A stretch of DNA of 17,387 bases from Deltaproteobacteria bacterium TL4 (GTDB taxonomy: Bacteria > SAR324 > NAC60-12): assembly GCA_051382335.1 (NCBI GenBank), contig JBBCAX010000438.1:1-17387 (forward strand). Direction: 5' to 3'. The notes below the pieces were generated by a model. That model was not told the DNA's origin. It ran no database searches and saw only the letters and a list, made by a program, of their open reading frames with translations. Both the position numbers and the translations under genes were made by a program. This document shows positions 7,333 to 15,447 of this stretch, one piece after another (position 1 is the first letter of the stretch; each line of letters begins with the position of its first letter).

Positions 7333-9633
7333 TCAGGAATGAAGCGGAAGGATAGGAACAACCTCTGCGATTTTTGTACGAACTTCCTCCGCAGAAGATG
7401 CTTGAAGCGCAAACTGGGCTAATTCCTGCGCGGTTTCTATAGAGATAGACGTCAGCCTTGCTTTAACTACCGGAATCAAGGGGGCATTCATACTGAGTCT
7501 TGTGACTCCAAGACCGAGTAGAATGATACAGCCATCGGGGTCGGAGGCCATCTCTCCACACAACTCTAACGGTTTATTGTGACGATGGGCCGACTGGACC
7601 AAGGTGTGAATCATTTTCAAAACAGCAGGATGCAAAGGGTCGTAGAGGTGAGTGACCATAGGGTTGTTACGATCAACAGCCATGATATATTGCGTCAAAT
7701 CATTACTTCCGATAGAACCAAAATCAATTTCTTTCATAAATTGATCACACATCAATACTGCCGCGGGAATTTCAAACATCATTCCCAAGGGAATGTGAGG
7801 TAATTGATGACCTTGCTGTTCCAGTTCTTTACGGCAGTCCCTGTAAATCTGTTTTGCTTGATGCCACTCCGTCAATTGGGAAATCATGGGAAATAGAATT
7901 TTGACATGGCTTTGATTTAAGGCAGACAACAGAATGGCTTTGATTTGAGATTTTAATACCTCAGGTTTTTGCAGTTGTCGTCGAAGAGCTCGATACCCTA
8001 AAAAGGGATTTTCCTCTAGCGCAAATCCCATATAGGGAGCTGCTTTATCCGCACCAATATCCAGTGTTCTAAACACAACAAATTGAGGCGGATAAACACT
8101 TGCAACAACCTTGGCATAAATTGAAGTTTGTTGTTGAATACTCGGGTATGCATCCAAAGAAAGGAAATAAATTTCTGATCGAAACAAGCCCACGCCTTCA
8201 GCGCCATAATGAGCGAGTTGGGACAACTCACTGGGCATGCCGATATTGGCATGAATGGAGAAACCGTATCCGTCTAGTGTGATGCAGGGATGATCCCTGA
8301 ATTTTTCTAAATAATCCCGGTACTGATTTTGTTCCAGAAGCAAATTCTGAAACTCACTGATTTCCTTTTGCTCAGGGTTGATGATCGCATAACCCAGTTT
8401 GCCGTCAAGGGCGACTCGATCCCCTTCTTCGATTTCCTCCAATTCATGTTCTGGAATACAAATAGCGGGAATCAGTAAAGACCTGGCGACAATGGCCGCA
8501 TGAGAAACAGCTCCCCCTGATGACGTGATCAACCCTTTAATTTTTCTGGGATCTAAACGCACAACATCTCCAGGGAGGAGTTGTCGTGTTACCAAGATGC
8601 CTTCCTTTTGGGTAATCGACAAGGAACCATGTCCAAAATAATGAAGTAAACGGTTCCCAACATCTTTTAAATCAGAGCCTTTCTCCTTGAGATAGGGATC
8701 ATCAATAGCTTCAAACGCTCGGAGATACTCATGCACGACATCGTAAATGGCCCAAACCGCAGTCGTCCCCATTTCAATATTTCTTTCAATCTTTTCGATG
8801 AACCCACGATCTTCCAAAAACATTAAGTGTACGTGAAAGATGGCGGCTTCTTCAGGGGGTAAGTACTCCGAAACTTTATCAATAACTTCCAACAAGTCGG
8901 TGATGGCATGTTCCTGAGCTTCTTTGAAGGCGAGGATCTCTTCTTGAACGGAAAGATCACTTTTGCGTTCAGGCTCTTCCAAGGTCGTTTGCTGAAGCAG
9001 AATGGCTTTGCCTAGCGCATATCCCGGGGCGATAGGAGCCCCTTTAATGCGACTGGAAACATTGTAAAGCGGGTCATTCTTTTCCTCATCATATTGATCT
9101 GAGGAGAGATCAAGTTGCTTGATCAGTAAAGCCTTGGTGATGAAACTGGCAACTTGGGAGGCAATGGTGATCAGTATTTCCTCTTCTGCTTCAGTGAAAT
9201 TCCGACATTCACAGGTATGAACTACTAAAACGCCAAAGGTTTTGCGGTGCTCAATGAGCGGTACGCCCAAAAAGGAAGAAAAATTATCTTCATTGGTTTG
9301 TGGAAAGTACTTAAAACGAGGGTGGCGATACATTTCTGCAACTTGGACAGGTTCGGATAATTCCATAACCAATCCGACCAATCCCTCTGACAGCGGCATT
9401 TTGACGGTTTCTACCGCAGAGGCATTCAACCCAAACGTCGCTTTTAATACAAGCGCTTCCTCTTCAGCGCTGTAGACGTAAATAGAGCAAGCATCGACCT
9501 TCAGGTGCTTTGCAACCATTCGGGCGGTTTGCGCCAGGGTTTCGCTCGCATCGTGGGAGGACGTGATGATTCTACTGACTTCCGCAAGAATCTGTTGTGT
9601 CGACTTGCTGGAGGAAAGATTATCATAGTTCAT
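7333..9633 (-). CDS. ptsP: Phosphoenolpyruvate-protein phosphotransferase EI-Ntr (GAF + EI)
   Basis: N-terminal GAF domain (EGLVGLV, HPRFKYF, SFLGVPLI), phospho-His motif 'GGAVSHAAIVARSL', 'GVGLFRSE', 'RTLDIGADK', 'EENPFLGYRA', 'SIGSNDLTQY', 'CGEMASDP'. Confidence 0.95.
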   Translation of the reverse strand: MNYDNLSSSKSTQQILAEVSRIITSSHDASETLAQTARMVAKHLKVDACSIYVYSAEEEALVLKATFGLNASAVETVKMPLSEGLVGLVMELSEPVQVAEMYRHPRFKYFPQTNEDNFSSFLGVPLIEHRKTFGVLVVHTCECRNFTEAEEEILITIASQVASFITKALLIKQLDLSSDQYDEEKNDPLYNVSSRIKGAPIAPGYALGKAILLQQTTLEEPERKSDLSVQEEILAFKEAQEHAITDLLEVIDKVSEYLPPEEAAIFHVHLMFLEDRGFIEKIERNIEMGTTAVWAIYDVVHEYLRAFEAIDDPYLKEKGSDLKDVGNRLLHYFGHGSLSITQKEGILVTRQLLPGDVVRLDPRKIKGLITSSGGAVSHAAIVARSLLIPAICIPEHELEEIEEGDRVALDGKLGYAIINPEQKEISEFQNLLLEQNQYRDYLEKFRDHPCITLDGYGFSIHANIGMPSELSQLAHYGAEGVGLFRSEIYFLSLDAYPSIQQQTSIYAKVVASVYPPQFVVFRTLDIGADKAAPYMGFALEENPFLGYRALRRQLQKPEVLKSQIKAILLSALNQSHVKILFPMISQLTEWHQAKQIYRDCRKELEQQGHQLPHIPLGMMFEIPAAVLMCDQFMKEIDFGSIGSNDLTQYIMAVDRNNPMVTHLYDPLHPAVLKMIHTLVQSAHRHNKPLELCGEMASDPDGCIILLGLGVTRLSMNAPLIPVVKARLTSISIETAQELAQFALQASSAEEVRTKIAEVVPILPLHS

Positions 9634-9651
9634 CTTTCCTCCGTAAGACGA

Positions 9652-9999
<348 letters not shown>

Positions 10000-10129
10000 T
10001 TACTTCCTTATTTACCTCTATTCTGAGTTACATACAAGTAACCTTTGATACGGAGAGTGCGTTTGTTAAGTTCTAAGGTCGGATTTCAACCTTGGTTCTT
10101 TTAAAAGTAACTGACATCACACTCCTTTC

Positions 10130-10145
10130 CGCAAGGAACATGCCA
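10130..10145 (-). promoter_or_regulatory. Sigma54 (-24/-12) promoter for glnB-ptsP-holA
   Basis: Minus strand reads TGGCATGTTCCTTGCG: exact GG-N10-GC spacing and close to the TGGCAC-N5-TTGC consensus, about 140 nt upstream of glnB. Confidence 0.75.
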
Positions 10146-10171
10146 CTGTTGGAGAAACTGTAAAAGTCGAT

Positions 10172-10184
10172 GAACTTACTGATA
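10172..10184 (-). promoter_or_regulatory. Possible IHF site
   Basis: TATCAGTAAGTTC versus WATCARNNNNTTR (one mismatch). It lies next to an AT-rich tract, between the sigma54 promoter and the putative enhancer. Confidence 0.35.
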
Positions 10185-10239
10185 TTTATCACTATTTATT
10201 AATTAAGAAAGGCCAATCGTCCGTCTTCGATTTTGCCAT

Positions 10240-10256
10240 TGCCTAAAAAATAATCA
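10240..10256. promoter_or_regulatory. Putative NtrC-like enhancer-binding protein site
   Basis: 17-bp imperfect palindrome TGCCTAAAAAATAATCA with an A-tract core, about 95 nt upstream of the -24 element. Length and position are typical of NtrC-type sites. Confidence 0.5.
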
Positions 10257-10280
10257 CTTGCGGGAATCCGCGATTAAAAT

Positions 10281-11267
10281 TTATTCAAATTGAAGTATTC
10301 GATGTACCAAGTGTGTGGTTGAAAAATTTTCAATTAACTCCAGGCAGACAAACTGACCTCCCCCGGATTCTAGGACTTTTTTTTCCTGAGCAATCCGTTC
10401 CTCAACATAACTACCCCCTTTTATATGTAAGTCGGAGTGAAGCTCTTTTAACAGATACAAAGGATTATCCCCACGGAAAGGGACCACATAATCCACGCAC
10501 TCAAAGGCCGCTAAAGCACTCATTCGTTCTTTTTGTGTAAACAAGGGGCGATCTTTTCCTTTATGTTCCGTGATGGAGGCGTCATCGTTCACAAGTACAA
10601 TCAATAAATCACCGAGCTCTTTGGCCTGTTGCAGATAACGAAGATGGCCCAAGTGAAGAATATCAAAACTTCCGTTGGTTGTAACTACTTTTTTGCTTTG
10701 TTCTTTCCAACACTTACACTCTTCAATAATTTTTTTTTCACTGACCACTTTACGTTGACTCGTTTTGGCGAATTTCTCATCAAAGGGCGTTGAACTTTTG
10801 GTCTTTCGAACACGGGATAATAACTCCTGTGTCGCCTGAAGGTCGGAAAAATACGGCTGGACTGAGTCCGTTTTCAGTGTACTTGATTTTAAGTCCGCGT
10901 GAAAGTTCAACAAGGGCTCTATCCCGGATCCTCCCTCAATCAGCCATTCAAACCGCAAGTTTGGAACAATTTCACACAATTCCGAAACAGGCAGAACATA
11001 GTCCACGTACTGCGTTCCCAATAACAATTCTGCCCGCACTTTCAATGCGGTGTAGGGGGGATTCCCCTTATGGTGCTGACGAATCTTTTCATCTTCCCAT
11101 AGGAGAGCTACCAAGAGTTCACACCGTTCTTTCGCAAATTCAAGGCAAGGCAAATGCCAGGCATTATAGAGATCAAACTCTCCAATAATACCTCCAATCG
11201 TTTGTTGTCCAGGCTCCTTTTGCAGATGTTCTTGAAGCGAAGAAAGACTTTCAAAATAACCCTTCAT
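10281..11267 (-). CDS. Tandem cytidylyltransferase-like protein: degenerate N-terminal domain plus RfaE2/HldC-like (heptose-1-phosphate adenylyltransferase-like) C-terminal domain
   Basis: C-terminal domain has 'VVTTNGSFDILHLGHLRYLQQAKELGDLLIVLVNDDAS...KG.DRP...ER...LAAFECVDYV...KGGSY...FSTT'. The N-terminal half is a diverged copy of the same domain. Confidence 0.85.
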   Translation of the reverse strand: MKGYFESLSSLQEHLQKEPGQQTIGGIIGEFDLYNAWHLPCLEFAKERCELLVALLWEDEKIRQHHKGNPPYTALKVRAELLLGTQYVDYVLPVSELCEIVPNLRFEWLIEGGSGIEPLLNFHADLKSSTLKTDSVQPYFSDLQATQELLSRVRKTKSSTPFDEKFAKTSQRKVVSEKKIIEECKCWKEQSKKVVTTNGSFDILHLGHLRYLQQAKELGDLLIVLVNDDASITEHKGKDRPLFTQKERMSALAAFECVDYVVPFRGDNPLYLLKELHSDLHIKGGSYVEERIAQEKKVLESGGGQFVCLELIENFSTTHLVHRILQFE

Positions 11268-11325
11268 GTCTGCCCTCTTTCGGTGAGCGTGTTTAGAAAC
11301 TTATGATAACGTCAGTTCTGGAGCA

Positions 11326-11355
11326 AAAATTCCTTCTTTATTTAGTGAAAGAAGG
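11326..11355 (-). terminator. Possible intrinsic terminator after the envelope operon
   Basis: Minus strand CCTTCTTT-CACTAAAT-AAAGAAGG (8-bp stem) followed by AATTTTT, about 65 nt after the lipoprotein stop. Confidence 0.45.
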
Positions 11356-11420
11356 CCGTAGGAAAGTGAGGCTCATGGCAACCTAAGGGGTACACCAAAG
11401 AACCCGGATGGTCAATCTGT

Positions 11421-12365
11421 TTATTCTTTGAAATACACCCACGTATATTCCTGAATTTCACAGTTTTTTTTATATTCATCGACAGTAGTAGCGGTGTCAG
11501 GCAGGTTCTGGCATTCCGGTTTTTCAGTGGGATTCAATTTGTGGGTTGTAATGACGGTTAATCGGGGGATTTCTGCTTTTTGGCTAAGTTCAACAGCTAA
11601 GTCATCAAGCAATTTTTTTGCCTCTTCCGCGGTTTTTTGGAACTCTGAAGGTTTTGAACGAACAACAATAGGAAACTTAATAAGTGAGGTGACCACATCG
11701 GAACCCTCTTTTGTTGTTTTAACTCCTAATATTTCTATTGCGGAGGTAACAATTGCTTTTTTTTTGCCATCGTAGGTTGCGCATCCCTTTGGGGTAGGTT
11801 TTCCCGTACAGGCACGTTTGATAAGAAGTGTGAAATCTTTTATGTCTTTGGATTCTTTAAAAGTTTCTTTGGAAAATCCATAGTACACGATTGAATCCTT
11901 GTTACTTTCATCACTCAGATCTCCTTCGCCAAGTAACACGTTTTTAGAACCAATCGCAATGATTTGCCATCCATCTGATATTTCAGGAACTTTAAATTCA
12001 ACATATTCTGCTTGAGTTGGCAAATTAACAAAAGCTAAATAGCCTGCGGAATTAGGAATATCTTTCTTCAGAGCATCTTCAATTTTCGGGTCGACCGGGG
12101 CTTCAGGATCATAAGGGGAACCATGATTTTTAAATGTCAATGGGCCAAGTATTAACGTTTTAATGACCTCTGTTGCCGGCGATTCTTCATACGATTTTAA
12201 GCGACTCTGGGTTGGATCAATGCCCATCTGACGTTGAAGGTCCCACAGGTTAATCTGCAAGGTGTTTGGTGTGGTGGTCGTCTCATCATCGCATCCGCTG
12301 ATGAGAAAGGTCCATGTCAAAAAGGCCAGCCAGAAGGGAATCAAGCAAAATCTTTGTATTAACAT
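11421..12365 (-). CDS. Lipoprotein of unknown function
   Basis: Hydrophobic signal peptide ending in the lipobox ISG-C25, a Thr-rich linker, and four further Cys in the C-terminal part (two pairs). Confidence 0.75.
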   Translation of the reverse strand: MLIQRFCLIPFWLAFLTWTFLISGCDDETTTTPNTLQINLWDLQRQMGIDPTQSRLKSYEESPATEVIKTLILGPLTFKNHGSPYDPEAPVDPKIEDALKKDIPNSAGYLAFVNLPTQAEYVEFKVPEISDGWQIIAIGSKNVLLGEGDLSDESNKDSIVYYGFSKETFKESKDIKDFTLLIKRACTGKPTPKGCATYDGKKKAIVTSAIEILGVKTTKEGSDVVTSLIKFPIVVRSKPSEFQKTAEEAKKLLDDLAVELSQKAEIPRLTVITTHKLNPTEKPECQNLPDTATTVDEYKKNCEIQEYTWVYFKE

Positions 12366-12380
12366 ATCAGCCCTATACCA

Positions 12381-13658
12381 TTAAAAGGTTCCTTGGAAGT
12401 TAAGGCCCTGAAGTATCCGCACATAAGGTTTTTTATTTGAAAGGTTAAACGTATAGTTGAAATTATAGTTCAAGGTCCATTGGTTTTTGAAAAGCCAACC
12501 CAGGGCTGTAGAAAATCTTAAGGGTAAATCGACTCGGGTATCGCCTATCCCGGTTCCCTTAATCAGCGGTTGTACCTTCGGAAAGTCCCGTTTTTCAACC
12601 CCGGTCCCCACCTCATACAGCCATCCGGAAGTCCATTTGTTGCTCCAGTCAAAATCAAGACTCCTATACGAAAACTCGGATTCCGGAAGTCCAGCGCTTC
12701 CGTTTCCAGACGCAAAAATGCCCCTAAACGAATCCTGTTTTTCTTTATCCAGATTATAATACTCCCATTTGGTATCCTGTTGCGTACCTGACTCCGCATT
12801 TTCAAAATTTTTCAATGTGTAAGAATGGCTGAGTGTGTTCTTGGTATTGGATTCATTTTTTGCCTGGTGAGCAAATTGATATCCCAAGGAGACCATTTGG
12901 TTTTGAGAAAAGGCCTTTCCTCCCACATTGATTTTTAAATACATATAGTTCAATAACCAGCCATTATCTGTGGCTTTAGGCCGTTGTCCTCCTCCCAGGA
13001 AAAGTACTTCGGATTTCAAAGACTCGTATTGAGGCTTGGCATATTGACTGATATTGGCACCAATCAAAGCATTATATTTACCATAAGTTAAAATAGCGAT
13101 GGCATTTAAAGCGGTACGGAAATCAGGTTGATCTGAGTCTTCAACCAAACCTTCTAATTTGATACCTCCTACTGGAATTGGAGAACTTAAGTCACTCGTA
13201 GGGTTATCATCCAACTCATACTGTACGCCAAAAACAGTCATCCAACTGAGTTTTTCCGATTTCGCTTGATCCTGAGTTGCTTCCTCTTCCTCAAGGAGGG
13301 GAACTCCTTCTCCATAAGCCACTAAATAGAGCTTTTCCCGTTGATTTGCTTTTTCATCAATAGCCACAACCTTAATGAGATTTCTACCTAAAGCTAACGT
13401 GAAATTCTTGGTTAGAATCACATTTTCCCCAGGTTCGAATGTTTGTGGTTGATCGTTGATATAAATTTGTGTGATTTCATCATCATCGTAGATCACAAAG
13501 CTTACGGTAAGCTCAGCCTCATTAACTTTTTGTCTCCGTTCCAAATCCGTTGTTAATATTTGAGGTGCTTCTTCACTTGATTGAGCGAAAATCCTGCCAG
13601 CCCATCCCATGAGACACAGTATCAATGTAACGAGGGTGATGATGAATGATTTCCTCAA
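12381..13658 (-). CDS. Outer-membrane beta-barrel protein with N-terminal Ig-like domain
   Basis: TTG start with AGGAG RBS; signal peptide (IFA-Q); Ig/cadherin-like segment ('LALGRNLIKVVAIDEKAN'); amphipathic, aromatic-rich strands starting 'FGVQYELDDNP'; C-terminal beta-signal 'GLNFQGTF'. Confidence 0.7.
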   Translation of the reverse strand: MRKSFIITLVTLILCLMGWAGRIFAQSSEEAPQILTTDLERRQKVNEAELTVSFVIYDDDEITQIYINDQPQTFEPGENVILTKNFTLALGRNLIKVVAIDEKANQREKLYLVAYGEGVPLLEEEEATQDQAKSEKLSWMTVFGVQYELDDNPTSDLSSPIPVGGIKLEGLVEDSDQPDFRTALNAIAILTYGKYNALIGANISQYAKPQYESLKSEVLFLGGGQRPKATDNGWLLNYMYLKINVGGKAFSQNQMVSLGYQFAHQAKNESNTKNTLSHSYTLKNFENAESGTQQDTKWEYYNLDKEKQDSFRGIFASGNGSAGLPESEFSYRSLDFDWSNKWTSGWLYEVGTGVEKRDFPKVQPLIKGTGIGDTRVDLPLRFSTALGWLFKNQWTLNYNFNYTFNLSNKKPYVRILQGLNFQGTF

Positions 13659-13703
13659 CGTTGTGCTCCTTAAAATGTATGTTTTTTCAGAATGAGGAAG
13701 CTC

Positions 13704-15092
13704 TTATTTCTCAATGTTAATCTTTACTCTGGCTTTGATATCGGTTTGTCCGCTTGTTCCCTGATCAACCTGATCTTCCACACTTTTTACGATATCATCC
13801 AAATTAACGTCTTGTGGTTCAATGATAGGTGCCTCAATTACGGAGGTATCCTCAGTGATCGGTGTCTCAGGTTCTTGCGATAATTCGAGCTCTTCCGCTT
13901 TTTGCGGTTCTTCCGCGTTTTCAAACTGATCAAAAGGTTCTTCTTCTTTCTCTTCAATAGTTCCTTTGTCCTCAACATCATCCTCTCGGACATCATCCTC
14001 TTGAGTGTCTCCCTCTTGAGTGTCTTCCTCTTGAGTCTCTTCCCCTTGATCGTCAGCTTGGATTTTTTCAGAGTCCTCTTGAGTTTTTTCGTCTTTAACG
14101 CCTTCCTCTTCTTTAGAGCCTTCCTCTTCTTGATCGTCAGTTTGCATTTTTTCTTCTTCGGAGCCTTCACTCACCTGTGCGATTACTGTTGCTTCAGAAA
14201 GGTTGACGTTATTATTCTGAATAGCTAAAAACTCCTCGTTCCCAATACCGCTTGGAGCTTCGGGAATTTTAATATCCTGAGTGTCCAGGTTTTCTTCAAA
14301 ATCGGCTGTCTCCGCTTCTTCCGTTGGGGCGGGCTCTTTAACGACGACTTCTTGCTCCGTTGAGGTTTGTGCTCCTGGTGTCTCTGTTGTTTTTGCTGTC
14401 TCTTTTCCAGCTTGGGAGGCTTTCATCTCCTGGCTTTTCGACTCTCCCTGGGGCGTCTCCTTGGAATCGTCCTCCTTTGACTTTTTTGATGGTTTGGGTC
14501 GATTGAAATTTTCATTAACTACTGCGTAGGCGGTAGCCTTTCCGTCATCTTTCGCAATACCAATCATTCCGGGTTGGATCAGTGTGAGTTGACGTGCCTC
14601 GCGTTTTTTCAAACCCATGGTCCCTTCAAGGTTTGCTAAAGACATGGCCTCTGAATTTGCTTCGATTTTTGCTACGGACCCTTTTACACCTACATTGGCT
14701 GAGGTTGTCAAAATATTGAGAGGCTTATTGTTTTTTATCTTTGCCGTTGCGGCAAGAATTTTACCAATCAGCAATCGTACAAAACCCGTCGTTTTATCTA
14801 CTTTCCAGGGTTTTATCTGTAAAATCGCATTTCCACCAAAATCAATCGTGGATTGATTCTGGTCTATCTTGAGAGAAGCCCGGGATTGAGGTCCGGTCCT
14901 CAAATAGTCATGAACGTCAATCCTGATCCCCGTCTGAGGAGCTTCATAGCGGGAGACATGACCTAGCCGAACAAGAATTAACAGGCCTTTATCCAGTCGC
15001 AGTTGGCCGTATTGCTGCTGCTCTGCCAAACTCAAATGCGGCGCAAGTGATAATCCGAGAATAATAAGTGTAACAAATTTATAAAATTTCAT
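13704..15092 (-). CDS. Exported FecR-domain protein with long acidic low-complexity tail
   Basis: Likely start is ATG 15092 (MKFYKFVTLIILGLSLAPHLSLA-E signal peptide). FecR motifs 'D.LRTGPQSRASL', 'VRLLIGKI', 'ILTTSANVGVKGS', 'LEGTM', 'LIQPG'. The C-terminal half is E/D/T/Q-rich and ends in 'KARVKINIEK'. Confidence 0.78.
   Translation of the reverse strand: MKFYKFVTLIILGLSLAPHLSLAEQQQYGQLRLDKGLLILVRLGHVSRYEAPQTGIRIDVHDYLRTGPQSRASLKIDQNQSTIDFGGNAILQIKPWKVDKTTGFVRLLIGKILAATAKIKNNKPLNILTTSANVGVKGSVAKIEANSEAMSLANLEGTMGLKKREARQLTLIQPGMIGIAKDDGKATAYAVVNENFNRPKPSKKSKEDDSKETPQGESKSQEMKASQAGKETAKTTETPGAQTSTEQEVVVKEPAPTEEAETADFEENLDTQDIKIPEAPSGIGNEEFLAIQNNNVNLSEATVIAQVSEGSEEEKMQTDDQEEEGSKEEEGVKDEKTQEDSEKIQADDQGEETQEEDTQEGDTQEDDVREDDVEDKGTIEEKEEEPFDQFENAEEPQKAEELELSQEPETPITEDTSVIEAPIIEPQDVNLDDIVKSVEDQVDQGTSGQTDIKARVKINIEK
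13982..14056 (-). repeat. 15-bp coding minisatellite (xTQEx pentapeptide)
   Basis: CCTCTTGAGTGTCTC / CCTCTTGAGTGTCTT / CCTCTTGAGTCTCTT at 13997, 14012 and 14027, with degenerate flanking units; encodes ETQEE-DTQEG-DTQED. Confidence 0.8.
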
Positions 15093-15287
15093 TGAACAAA
15101 CTATGTGGGTGAATTGTAAGTCTGATTTTATTTGGGTTCTATACTGATTAAAAGATGAAAAATCAAACAAAAAAATCTCATTTAGTTCACATTCATCAAA
15201 TAGAACTTGGAATTTATTGTTTAATGTATTATTTGTGCGATTATTGATCGGGGACTAGTGCGTTGTTCAAGTAGAAAAATAACAAAA

Positions 15288-15316
15288 TTGCCTTAGGGCT
15301 TCTTACCGCTTAAAAT
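15288..15316 (+). promoter_or_regulatory. Putative sigma70 promoter for the giant repeat protein gene
   Basis: TTGCCT-N17-TAAAAT preceded by an A-rich UP-like tract (AAAAATAACAAAA), about 130 nt upstream of ATG 15448. Confidence 0.5.
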
Positions 15317-15447
15317 AGAAGTCAATTCAAAGCTCATCCTCCCCTATCCTTTATGTCTCTAGAAGGCACATCCACTCCTCCAAAAAGGGGTGAGACGTTT
15401 TATCTCTTGGACACAAATTTCACGAACATCTGTAGTTCATTAGCATC

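Noticed and set aside
13838..14228. K/R-rich (13838-14170) and F/L-rich (13902-14228) ORFs
   Set aside because: Alternative-frame artefacts of the GAA/GAG-rich acidic tail of the FecR-domain gene.
15093..15170. Extra 26 N-terminal codons of the FecR ORF in the track
   Set aside because: The signal peptide starts at ATG 15092; the upstream TTG extension is AT-rich and looks non-coding.
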